Shown: in pieces, positions 1-11,063 of the stretch
Layout of the letters: every line of letters starts with the position of its first letter
Position numbering within the stretch: position 1 is the first letter of the stretch
Origin: Eledone cirrhosa
Taxonomy: Eukaryota
Reading direction: 5' to 3'
Assembly (NCBI GenBank): GCA_964016885.1
Contig: OZ024740.1
Coordinates: 253,828,001-253,892,000 of the forward strand
DNA length: 64,000 bases
Position numbers and translations under genes: made by a program
Notes under the pieces: model-generated
Seen by the model: the letters and a program-made list of their open reading frames with translations, nothing else
Database searches by the model: none
What the model was told of the DNA's origin: nothing

Positions 1-754
1 AGACACCCTAATGGGGTTAAACCCCTTATAGTGAAAATGTTGGCCAATAAATGGAACAAGATGTGTTGTAACAAGATTGCATGGGAACTTGATTAAAGCA
101 ACCATTATATTCGAGACTTACAAAGGTCAGGCTCTCCTCATTCCGAGGATTCCACTTATACCAAGTGATAGGGAGTTGCCTTTTACATTTAAGAGTCTGT
201 CGTTTCCAGTGAGGCCATGCTTTGCCATGAGCATCAATAAGAGTCAAGGTCAAACTTTCAAAACTATTGGTATAGATCTGACAAACCCATGTTTCAGTCA
301 TGGCATGTTTTATGTGGCTGTTTCAAGGACTGGAACTTCAAAAAATCTCTACATTTTAGCCAATCAAAGTAAGACAAGAAATATTGTTTACCCTGAAGTT
401 CTTCATTAGGACAAAGTATGAAATATATTTTCATGTATTTATTATGTTAAGAAATAAATAATTAAACTTTGAATTTCTAATTTGAAAATAATGCTTTATG
501 AAATGATCAAGTTTTGAATTGATATTTAAAAAAAAATTATTTACAAGAAACAAAATAAGAATAAGATTTAATAATGTAATTTTGATTTGATATATTACAA
601 AAAATAATGTTTTCCAATTTTTCATGCATTACATTTTACATTGAGTAATATGCAGAGTTTTTCTCCATAAATTATATCACTGATTTAAAATCAATCATTA
701 TTTTCTTACAAAATAAATGTGTGAAACGCAGTAAGGCGCGGGTAATTCGGCTAG
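1..754 (+). mobile_element. Helitron 3' end with PIF1-like helicase C-terminal remnant
   Basis: ORF 77-409 has PIF1 motifs (LIPRIPLIP, FPVRPCFAMSINKSQGQT, FSHGMFYVAVSR, TRNIVY). Degenerate GC-rich subterminal hairpin at about 726-742, terminal CTAG at 751-754 followed by T. Confidence 0.85.
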
Positions 755-770
755 TATAAATATATATCTG

Positions 771-799
<29 letters not shown>

Positions 800-801
<2 letters not shown>

Positions 802-1845
802 GTATTATGAATTTGTTTTGCAAGGTTTTTGATATGAAATCGTGAGTCGAAACAAATATTGTTATACTTGGGGAGGGTCATATTGTTGTAATAATATTGC
901 CAAAAATAATAACAGAACACACTCACTGTTTGGTTGGTTTTCGCTTCTGTATCTTTTATATCTCCATAGTTAATTCATTTGGCCATCAATGTTTATCACT
1001 GACTGACCAGCAGTCAAAAATACAGATATAAATACATATATATAGTCTAACAAAGTTCTTTCGTTGCACATCCGCAACATCATCAGTGGTACTATTATCA
1101 TGTTTCCCCTACTGTATTGTATGTATTGTAGTGTCTACGCTATTTTTATTTTATCTATTTATTTATTTATTTTTGTCCTCGTGTCTGCGCATGCATTTGT
1201 GTGTGTGTGTAGTGTTTGGTGTGTGTGTTTGCGTTTGGGTAACTGTGTTTTGGTTATTGTATTCTATCTTAGTTTATTAGTGTGTGTTTATATGTGTTTG
1301 TTGTTATTGTGCTGGTGTATATATTTATTTATTTATTTATATTTCTCTTAGGTCAGTATTGTTTGTTTGGGTGTTATTCCATTCATTTTTTCTGTTTAGC
1401 TTTGGCCTTCTAAGTTCTATTTCACTTGCCTCTCTGATTTGCCTATCTGCTGGGTCATTTCTATGTTTAGATATTATCTTAATTTCTATGTTGTCTATGT
1501 TACCGTCATGTTGTTGTCTAGCGTGTTCGTATAGTACTAAACCATTTTTTAGTCCTTTTAGTCCCTCCCAGTTTTGGTCTATCCTTTCACCTATACTACG
1601 AGCTGTCTCGCCTATGTATGTTGTTGTCATGTTTCTGCACATCTTATGCTATAGACTACGTTTCTAGTTTTACAGTTTTCCAGGGATTTACTTCACATAT
1701 AATACATTTCCTATTAGTACAGTGGGTTTTTTTAAAAGGGTATGTTTTGCTGATCAGGATTTTATGGTAGTTCCTGGCTTTTCTACCACCTTAATCTTTA
1801 AGTGGGTCTTTCTCAGGGCCTTTCTACACTGGTTAGCTAATTTCA
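800..1845 (-). mobile_element. Decayed Penelope-like element 3' part (GIY-YIG endonuclease plus pLTR)
   Basis: ORF 1337-1642 contains YIGETARSIGERI...H...RQIREA..I...PKLN. Upstream frameshifted linker reads KVVEKPG...C..C..C...VVY. Hammerhead-like motif downstream at 1042-1095. Confidence 0.8.
1042..1095 (-). ncRNA. Degenerate hammerhead ribozyme-like motif
   Basis: Minus strand reads CTGATGA-T-GTTGC-ggatgt-GCAAC-GAAA. Stems I and III pair poorly. Confidence 0.5.
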
Positions 1846-2398
1846 ACATGAAATATAAAGGGAGACAAAATAAATTAAAATAAATTAAATTAATGAAACC
1901 CAAATAAGTTAAAGATATAGAATCACGAAAGATTTATATAAGTTGATTTTAACTGTAGGTATCGGTTTGTTTACAAATATACTTTCAAATTAAAATAACA
2001 GGTACCGTATATATATGTAGTGAATCCTAGTTACTATTATAATAATATCAATATGTCGAAAACAGTAACAAATATATATGCTCACTGAGTTAAAAATAAA
2101 ATTAAATTACGTCACTTAACCAGCTTTCTATATTCTGTATGAGAAACAAACAAAATGAAAATGAAAAACGAAAACGAAAAACACGTGTGTGTGTCTCTCG
2201 TCTTAGAAGAATATCTAATAGAGTGGAAATAAACCCATTTAAAATGCAAAAATACGTAAAATAATCGCATCAAAATACAGATACTTTTACAGGTTTTTTT
2301 GTAATTTTAAGAAGTTAGCACAATAAATTTTCCAGATTCCTGTCGATTTAAATTTCAAATCTTGCAGTCAGGAAAGCACACTGACTACCAAGCTGCCA

Positions 2399-2431
<33 letters not shown>

Positions 2432-2435
<4 letters not shown>

Positions 2436-2514
2436 TCATTTCATTTTACGTCCGCTTTTTCCCTGCTTGCAAGTGCAAGGGTGGGACGGGAACTGATTCT
2501 GGCTTGATTTCTAC
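2432..2514 (-). mobile_element. Short 3'-tail fragment of the RTE-tailed SINE
   Basis: Matches the 3' end of the SINE at 38601-38947 (gtagaaatcaagccagaatcagttc...cccacccttgc...gcggacgtaaaatgaaatgatga). Confidence 0.8.
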
Positions 2515-3139
2515 CTTATGCATATTAAGGGCTGAGTAGCCCAGTTTGCATATCGAGTGGGTTAATCAGCCGGGTGCACCGAAAACGATAAACGGAAAAA
2601 ATGAAACGAAATTTCATTTCCCACTCTTAGTACGGCTGTTACTTAAATATAAGTATGTACACGTACATACATATATGTATACAGACGTACAGTAGTATGT
2701 ATATATATATACATACATGCACACATATATATATGTACGTATGGATTCACCGAGCATTTATTATAATGCTCGTTGTGTTTGTAAACAATGACGTATTATC
2801 TTCGTTTTTTTCGTTCATTGCCAGAGAACGTCTCTATGCACCACCTAAGAGAACATTAGTCTACGACCTCTTTTATACTATAAACGTGGTTCTGTCTTTG
2901 CGCGTAATTGTTTTTCACCGCTCCTATTAATGACGTATTATATTCGTTTTTTCCCGTTCTTTGCCAGCGAACGTTTCCACGAACCAAAGTATCGTCTTCC
3001 TGTCTTCCTCCGGTTGCAACGTTTTTTGAAATATCCACTTCTGCGTTTACAGATTAACTTTGTTAGTTTCAGAAGATCCCGTTAAGGGTGAAAGCAGCGA
3101 TTCATTGCTTAAACTTTAATCTGTTATTTTAATAAATAT

Positions 3140-6100
3140 ATCATCATCATCATCATCATCAACGTTTAACGTCCGTGTTCCACGCTTGCATGGGTTTGGA
3201 CGGGGGTATTCCCACTTGAGGCAAGAGTGATTGTCTTGCTCGCATAGGACTGTCTGGCGGGTTTTCTACAGTTGGATGCCCTTCCTAACACCAACTACAT
3301 TTACAGTGTGGGTCTGGGAGGTTTTTACCGTGTTGCCTACACGGCCACATTACAGCGTGGACTGTGTGTTTTTTTGTTGTGACACCTACACGATCTCATT
3401 TGTTTCGGCCTGGATGGCGCGGCACCAACATAACTTTACATGGATGGAGTGGGGGTGGTGGGACGGGGTGTATTTTGTTAGAGATGCATACTGGCTGTAG
3501 TAGGTTTTACTATGTATTTAGGTAAGGCGGGTCTTCTCTGTTACTGAGTACCGCCAAAGGTCTCGGTCCAGTGACATTGTCTTGGAGAGGTGTAAGTGTG
3601 TGAGGTCGGAGTTTATCAGCTCGTCCCAGGTTTTTCTAGGTCTGCCTATTCCGTGGCTACCGTCTATCTTTATTGCCCTGCACTTTGTTATACAGCTATC
3701 GACTTTCATGCGCATCACGTGTCCATACCAACGTAGCCTTCTCTCGAGTAAACAACATCTGATCCCTCTTATTTCTAATTTTTTCCTTAGTTCGTTTATG
3801 CTTTGCCGTTCACGTATATTACTGTTACACATCCAGCGGAGCATGCAAGCTTCGTTCCTCTCTAGTCTGCGTATATCCTCTGCACACAATGCCCAGGTCT
3901 CACTGCCGTGCAACATTGCTGTTGGTATGCAGGCATCGTACAACCTGCCTTTCATTTTTAGGGAGAACCCTTTACCAGCTAATAGTGGTATAAGCTCTCT
4001 GAACTTTTTCCAACCAGTTCTGACTCTAGCTACTGTACTTTCAGAGCACCCTCCCCCACTGCTGATTTTATCGCCCAGGTAACGGAAGCTGTCCACTATT
4101 TCTATAGAACCCTCTGCGCAATTGAAAGAGCTAGTATTTTGTGGGCACTTGCTGCTACTTATTGCACCAGAGCACCGGCCACATGTAAAATCTATGTTCT
4201 TAGTTAGCTTACCTGCGATCCCACTACATCTTTTATGCACCCATACTTTGCATTTGGGACATAAAATGGAGTTTTTACCTACGCCTTTCCTACACACTGA
4301 GCATGACCATTTCCCAGAAGGGACCGCCGCCTTATTTTCTTTCCTACAAACTAGAACTTTAGTCTTAGCCAGGTTAATTTTAAGTCCTTTTGATTCTAGG
4401 CCGTGCTTCCATGTTTGGAATTTCTTCTCTAGCTCGGCCATTGATTCCGCTATGAGTGTCAGGTCGTCTGCGTATAGGAGTTCCCATGGGCAGCCGGTCT
4501 TGAACTCCTCTGTTATAGCCTGAAGGGCAATAATAAATAGTAGGGGGCTGAGAACAGAGCCCTGATGGACGCCAACTTTTACGCTAAACTCTTCACTATA
4601 TTCGTTGTTAATTCTAACCTTGCTGACTGTTTCTTTATACATGGCTTGTATAGCTCTCACAAGCCATTCGTCAACGCCTAGTTTTCTAAGAGCCCACCAG
4701 ATAATGGAGCGGGGGACTCTGTCGAAGGCTTTCTCCAAGTCGACAAAAGCTAAGTAGAGGGGTTTACCTTTAGCTAGGTACTTCTCCTGTAGTTGTCGTA
4801 CTATGAAAAGAGCATCTGTGGTACTTTTGCCTGACACAAACCCGAACTGCATTTCATCTAGGTCAATTCTCTCTCTGATTAGTTGTGCTATTACTTTTTC
4901 CATGACATTCATGACCTGGTCGATTAATTTAATGCCTCTATAGTTACTCCTATCTAGGGCGTCTCCTTTACCCTTATAACAGTTAACGATGATGCTGCTA
5001 TGCCAGTCCTTCAGAACAACCCCATTCTGTACGACTTGGTTAACTATGCGGGTGACCATGGTGTGTCCCACCGTGCCAGATGCCTTCAGCATCTCAGCAA
5101 CTATTTCCGAAGGCCCAGCCGCCTTACCCGTCTTCATATCCTTGATTGCCTTACTTATTATACTCCCCTCGACTAACACTGCTGGTCCCTCTATTGGGTC
5201 GATATGGGGGAGACTGTCTTTCTCCCATTTATTCTCCTCATTTAGTAGCCTTTCATAGTGACACTTCCAAGCTACCTTCTTATCAGCGTCGGTGATGGCA
5301 AGTATGCCATCATCGTTAAGTACACACTTCTCCCCGACAATATCACGGTTTTCCTTGACGCATTGCCTAGCAATCCTGAACACCTCACGTTTCTGGTCCT
5401 CGCGTTGTAGAACATGCTTGAACTTTCTTTCCTCAGCTTCCCTTCTTGCTAAGTACACTTGTCTCCTAGCTTCCCTCCTGGCCACTTGATAGTCTTCTCT
5501 ACTTCCCCCATCCCGCCATACTTTCCAAGCCTGCTTTTTGGCCTTAATTGACCCCTCCACCTTACTGTTCCACCACCATGTTACTCTCCTCCTGCCTACA
5601 GGCCTGCTCCAGCCACAGACTTCGTCTGTCGCCATCAGCAGGTTTGCTTTCAGAAATTCCCACTGTCCCTCTATATTGTCCGACTCTAAATGTTCTTCCT
5701 TACTGTCGAAAGCATCAAGTAATATGCTTTGAAATTTATTTCTGGCTGTGGGGTCCTTTAGCTTCCATATTTTTCTCCTGAGGATAGTCCTCTTCTGCTG
5801 TCGAGTACGTCTCGTCCTGACTATGAGGTCGCTAATTATCAGTCTATGTTGGGAGGTGCATTCTTCATGGGGGAGGGATTTAGTGTTTACAACAGACACT
5901 CTGTCACGTCTTCTGGTAAGGATATAATCTACCTGGCTTGTGTGTTCCTCGGATCTATAGGTGATCAGGTGATTGTCACGTTTTTTGAAGTTAGTGTTAC
6001 AGATAGTTAGGTTATTTGCATCACAGAATTCCAGGATTCTGGAGCCTTCCTCATTTCTAGTACCAAACCCATAGCCTCCATGGATTTCGTCGTAGCCGTC

Positions 6101-6493
6101 ACAATGTTGTCCAACGTGACCATTTAGGTCGCCTGCGATAATTATATAGTCACTGTCGGATATTTGGGAGGTAGTTAGCATCAGTGTCTCATAGAATCTG
6201 TCTTTTATAGTGCCAGGCAGTCCGGATTGGGGTGCGTACGCAGATATTACTGTCACCGTAGTTCTATTGAGGACAAGTCGTATTTTAATTATTCTGTCGT
6301 TCACTCTATTTACGTCTATTATCTTATCTGCCCACTTTTCTGCTACCATGATTCCTACTCCACCCAGCCCATCGTCGTTTCCCACCCAGAAAAGCTTATA
6401 ACATCGTTTTTTACCCTCAATGAATCTAGCAGACCCACCCCTCCACCTTGTCTCTTGAATACAACAAACATCGACCTCCTTACGTTCAAGCAT
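3140..6493 (-). mobile_element. RTE-clade LINE family A, slightly 5'-truncated, ORF uninterrupted
   Basis: APE plus RT ORF, about 350-bp 3' UTR, (ATG)n tail at 3140-3160. The 5' junction abuts (TA)n. Confidence 0.95.
3518..6493 (-). CDS. RTE-type APE endonuclease-reverse transcriptase with PHD-like finger
   Basis: CIQETRW, SAYAPQ, AGDLNGH, QVDYIL, SQHRLI (APE); [27 protein letters not shown] (RT). The track's N-terminal extension to 6640 is microsatellite and flank read-through. Confidence 0.93.
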   Translation of the reverse strand: MLERKEVDVCCIQETRWRGGSARFIEGKKRCYKLFWVGNDDGLGGVGIMVAEKWADKIIDVNRVNDRIIKIRLVLNRTTVTVISAYAPQSGLPGTIKDRFYETLMLTTSQISDSDYIIIAGDLNGHVGQHCDGYDEIHGGYGFGTRNEEGSRILEFCDANNLTICNTNFKKRDNHLITYRSEEHTSQVDYILTRRRDRVSVVNTKSLPHEECTSQHRLIISDLIVRTRRTRQQKRTILRRKIWKLKDPTARNKFQSILLDAFDSKEEHLESDNIEGQWEFLKANLLMATDEVCGWSRPVGRRRVTWWWNSKVEGSIKAKKQAWKVWRDGGSREDYQVARREARRQVYLARREAEERKFKHVLQREDQKREVFRIARQCVKENRDIVGEKCVLNDDGILAITDADKKVAWKCHYERLLNEENKWEKDSLPHIDPIEGPAVLVEGSIISKAIKDMKTGKAAGPSEIVAEMLKASGTVGHTMVTRIVNQVVQNGVVLKDWHSSIIVNCYKGKGDALDRSNYRGIKLIDQVMNVMEKVIAQLIRERIDLDEMQFGFVSGKSTTDALFIVRQLQEKYLAKGKPLYLAFVDLEKAFDRVPRSIIWWALRKLGVDEWLVRAIQAMYKETVSKVRINNEYSEEFSVKVGVHQGSVLSPLLFIIALQAITEEFKTGCPWELLYADDLTLIAESMAELEKKFQTWKHGLESKGLKINLAKTKVLVCRKENKAAVPSGKWSCSVCRKGVGKNSILCPKCKVWVHKRCSGIAGKLTKNIDFTCGRCSGAISSSKCPQNTSSFNCAEGSIEIVDSFRYLGDKISSGGGCSESTVARVRTGWKKFRELIPLLAGKGFSLKMKGRLYDACIPTAMLHGSETWALCAEDIRRLERNEACMLRWMCNSNIRERQSINELRKKLEIRGIRCCLLERRLRWYGHVMRMKVDSCITKCRAIKIDGSHGIGRPRKTWDELINSDLTHLHLSKTMSLDRDLWRYSVTEKTRLT

Positions 6494-6520
6494 ATATATA
6501 TATATATACATATAAGCATA

Positions 6521-6554
<34 letters not shown>

Positions 6555-6825
6555 GTAATAATAATAAATTTGAAGATTAAAATCCAAAGAGGGTTCAATA
6601 AGGATAAATATATATCAAATATATAAGAACCGTAGAGCATACATTATTTTTTTCTTTTCTCGTGTATCGTGGTTGTCTCCCTTTCCCGCTTCGTGACGCT
6701 ATGAAACTTCCTCAGTCAAAAGACTGCTGGAATCTTAAATTTGGCGGTCATTCGATGCGTGAAGGAGCAGCTTAGCAGACACGATTTTTAACTGCGGTAA
6801 GAATTTTTTCTTATATCAAAGTTTA

Positions 6826-7138
6826 ATGGGCTTCCACTGAAGATTTATAAGTGCCCACCTAAATATATTCTTACATGAATATATGTTAGGCTTCTACATA
6901 AACTGGAAACATTCTCCCAATTTGTAGAAAACTTATAATGAAACAATTGTTTGGAAAGAGAGATATATTTTAACTTTAATTATATCTCATAAAATAATAC
7001 AACTGGCTTTCCACAAAATACATATAGTTAGCACACCAAACACTTAAATTGGGTTATACTAACATATAACATAATGTTTGTTGAGTGAGATGGTTACCAG
7101 TGCGGAGTTTAGCGTTAAGCTATCTCTGTTATTGTATA
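6826..7138. repeat. Unclassified dispersed repeat, copy 1
   Basis: Aligns by eye with 51404-51715 (shared blocks agttagcac, taatgtttgttgagtgagatgg, aagct...tattgtat). Confidence 0.65.
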
Positions 7139-7142
7139 AAAT

Positions 7143-7210
<68 letters not shown>

Positions 7211-7280
7211 TATATACATATACATATATATATATATATACATATATATATACATATATATATATACGTATATATACATA

Positions 7281-9853
7281 TAACTTTGAATAACTTTGAA
7301 ATGTTTTGGCCAGTATTGGCCCAGGCCATGTCTAACTTAATAGCACCACCTGGCGAAGTCTTTCAATTCAGGATTTGGGCACCATGGCCCATTCGAGAAG
7401 AGAATTACTGTTTGCGGAGACATATCCGGGTGTGGGTGGTTTGTCCGGGATTACTTGGAGGAATTTGTCCAAAGACTTCTTGAATTTTGTGTGGTCAGTT
7501 TCTGTTTTGACGTGTCCTGGTGTGATGTTGAAGAGAGCAGGGCCGATTGAGGTGAAATAATTGTGCCGTATTGTTGTTATGAGTTGCGATTTAGATTTTT
7601 GAATGGGACGGATAGCACGGGGCCCAAGCCTTGGGTGTATCTTGAAGGCGATGCCAACATCATTTGGGCAGTGATGATGGAACATTTTCCACATCATGCA
7701 GATAATATAACGCTCACGGCGACGTTGGAGTGAGTAAAGTTTCAGGTTTTCTAATCGACCCCAGTAGTCAAGGTCTGACATGCCATCTATCTTTTTCGTG
7801 ATTGCCCTTTGAGGAGCTTCAAGTTTCATGATACTTTGTTTCGTGTGGGGAGACCACAGTGGACAACAGTATTCAAGAAGTAGAGAAGAGAAGGATAATG
7901 GTGCGGGAATCTCTCGACTGGAAGGTTCTGAGGATCCAGGAACACATTCTGCGGGCCATGTCAACTTTGCTGCTTATATGCGTGGTCCAGCTTATGTTGC
8001 TGTCCACGGTTACTCCCAAGTCTCTGATGTTGTTAGATGCCACGAGAGTTTCCCCGGAGGGAAGGGAGTACGGGAGTTTCAGAGCATCCTCTTTTCCAAA
8101 GTGGATCAGTTCGAATTTGTCTTCGTTCAGTAACATGTTGTTCTTTTCTGCCCATTGGGTAACAGCCAGTAGGTCTGACTGAAGGCTTATCCGGTCATCC
8201 ACGCCATTGATGACCTTTTGGAGCTTGGAATCATCAGCGAAAATTTTAATGTTGCTGTGTTTGATGATGTCAGTGATGTCATTAATATAGATGATGAAGA
8301 GAAGTGGGCCCAACACAGTGCCTTGTGGGACCCCACTACTGACTTTGGCTGGGCTTGATTTGACTCCCTCAACTACAACATGTTGGGTTCTGTTTGACAG
8401 GAAGCTCTTGATCCACTGCAGCAGCTTTCCAGTGACACCAATATTGGACAGCTTTCTCAGTAGAATCTTATGATCAACCCTGTCAAAGGCCTTGCTGAAA
8501 TCAAGGTAGATAACATCAGTGTTGGAACCCTCTCCCAAGGCTCTCAAAATGTCATCAAGGTGATGCAGTAGCTGCGTCAGGCAATCCCTTCCATTACGGA
8601 ATCCATGCTGGTTGGAGTTCAGCATATTGTTACTCTCAAGGAAGTGGGTCATTCGCGATCTCACCACTCGCTCAAATACCTTAATGATATGAGAGGTGAG
8701 TGAGATTGGACGGTAATTCACGGCAAGGGATTTGTTTCCCTTTTTGAAAACTGGGACAACAGACTGGGATAGAAGGTTTTCTGGCACATATCCAGCATCC
8801 AGTGAGTTCCGCCACAGATTGGCAAGAGGAGATGCAAGTTGGTGTTGACACGCCTTCAAGACACAAGCAGGGAACCTATCGGGACCTACTGCTGAATTAT
8901 GCTTGATTTCCTTTATTGCCGCCAAGACATCAGGGGCGCCAAACGTTATGTCCGATAAGGTGTAATGGGGAGTAACATCGCCGATACAGCCCAGATCGGC
9001 CATATCAGGATTGCTGAAAACAGAGCAGTATTGTTTCTGCAGTATCTCACCCATGGTTTTAGCATTGTCTTGAAGAGTGCCATTTTCATCAATTAGAGGG
9101 CCAACAGTAGAGCCAGTGATTTTGTGTTTTTTTGCAAATGAAAAGAACACTTTGGGATTGAGTTTGATCTTCTCAATGGCCCAGGCCTCTTCAGCTCTTC
9201 TCTGATTGTTGATGAGGGACATTATGTTGTTTTGGAGGTTATGTTTTTTAATCTCTAGTGATGAAATGGCAGTCAAGTTGATGTGTTGCTGCTGACAGTA
9301 TTTCAGCTTGTTGATTTTTTTGTTCGTTCTCTTAATTTTTCTGATGAGCGTTTTTCTATTTCTAGGGATTCTGCTCTTAGATTTGTTTATAGTTCTTAAT
9401 GGGGTGTGTTTAGCACATATGTTTGTAACAGTGTCCACAAATGTCTGCCAGGACTTTTTGATGTTAGTGGGTCGACATGTGCAAGATCATGACTGATCGC
9501 TTCCCAGTTTGCATTGTGGAAATCCATAGCGTCAAACGGATGGACAGGAGAGATGACATTGGGTTTGTATATTGGACGGTGGAATCTCAGATCACAGAGA
9601 ACCATGTCATGATCAGAGAGTAGAGTTTTCTCCACTGCAATATTGTGGATATTGTCAGTGTGATTGCTGAAAATTAAGTCTAGGACGTTTTTGTGGCACC
9701 TCGTTGGTTCGAGCACCAGTTGGGATAGGAAGAAATCATCCATGAAGTCAAGAAGCGATTCCACAGCTTCCCTGTCAGAGGGTGAGGCAGAAGAACCTGG
9801 TGGCAGGCTGTTTGTGGACCAGTCAACTCCGGGGAGGTTGAAGTCCCCCATCA
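7281..9853 (-). mobile_element. CR1-group LINE, 5'-truncated copy
   Basis: Near-identical reverse complement of 11545-14155. RT motifs YLDFSKAFD, GVPQGTVLGP, FADD. Small deletions near 7877 and 9470. 3' tail (TTCAAAGTTA)n. Confidence 0.92.
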
Positions 9854-9855
9854 TA

Positions 9856-9907
<52 letters not shown>

Positions 9908-9939
9908 TATATGTATATGTATATACATATATATATATG

Positions 9940-9981
<42 letters not shown>

Positions 9982-9983
9982 CA

Positions 9984-10019
<36 letters not shown>

Positions 10020-10030
10020 CATATATATAC

Positions 10031-10100
<70 letters not shown>

Positions 10101-10178
10101 TAGAAACGATCGTTAATTAATGAACTTTTTTTGTTTAATATAAGGAACTGTTTCATTGTTTTATTCATTATTTTTTTA

Positions 10179-10248
<70 letters not shown>

Positions 10249-10304
10249 CATATAGATATGTACATATAGATATGTATATATATATATACATTGATTCATC
10301 AACA

Positions 10305-11063
10305 ATGGCCGATCTACTAAATGAAACTATTGACCCCCCAGTAGCCTCTGTCTCACAGCATGAAACGCCACATCCTTTCTCTGGCCCAGCAGTCCAATCA
10401 TCACCACTGCCAACATCTCTGCCTACTACTACTACTACAACATTTTTGTCTACTGCTATGTCAAGGAATTTACCTTCTAATACCAGAACAAGAACTCTCC
10501 CTCCCACAGTCCACAAAGGTCGTCAAATCCTACCCAAACCATCATCTACACCTCTCACAACATACACACCCACATACCCACCCACTCGAAACCCCATCAT
10601 TTGCCGCTACTCTCTACGCTATAGAATATGTACGGATAGTGGCTGCAAATTCACCCATTTACCTAGGACAAAACGATCTATCCCCACAAACAGCCACCAC
10701 CATAATACATACTCTAATTTAACACCAACACAACCACCAATAACTCAAACAAGGAATCCACAAATCTGCCGCTTTTCCCTGCGAGACAGATTGTGTTTAG
10801 ACCGGGATTGTCCCTTTACCCATCTCCCGGGGACCCGTCGGACAAATGAAAATAAAATTAAAAATAAAAGCAAAAACAAAAACCATAACCTACATAAAAA
10901 TAACCACTACCACAGTCACCAACAGTCTTCTAAACAGGAAACTTCTTCCTCTTTTTTAGCCATAATGAATCTGGCAAAAGAACTGGAAAAAAACATTCGA
11001 GCTATCACCCAGCACCACCCTCCACTATCACCCCACTGCACAAACTCCCATTGCTGCCATTAA
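10305..11063 (+). CDS. LINE ORF1-like protein with two CCCH zinc fingers
   Basis: ATG at 10305 (MADLLNE). CRYSLRYRICTDSGCKFTH and CRFSLRDRLCLDRDCPFTH are both C-x8-C-x4-C-x3-H. Confidence 0.7.
   Translation: MADLLNETIDPPVASVSQHETPHPFSGPAVQSSPLPTSLPTTTTTTFLSTAMSRNLPSNTRTRTLPPTVHKGRQILPKPSSTPLTTYTPTYPPTRNPIICRYSLRYRICTDSGCKFTHLPRTKRSIPTNSHHHNTYSNLTPTQPPITQTRNPQICRFSLRDRLCLDRDCPFTHLPGTRRTNENKIKNKSKNKNHNLHKNNHYHSHQQSSKQETSSSFLAIMNLAKELEKNIRAITQHHPPLSPHCTNSHCCH

Noticed and set aside
2330-2402. Possible decayed tRNA-like SINE head on the minus strand
   Set aside because: Only a loose A-box resemblance, with no convincing B box or body.
6660-6720. Minus-strand CTGAGGA...GAAA hammerhead-like string
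   Set aside because: No UH triplet or stem I partner follows.
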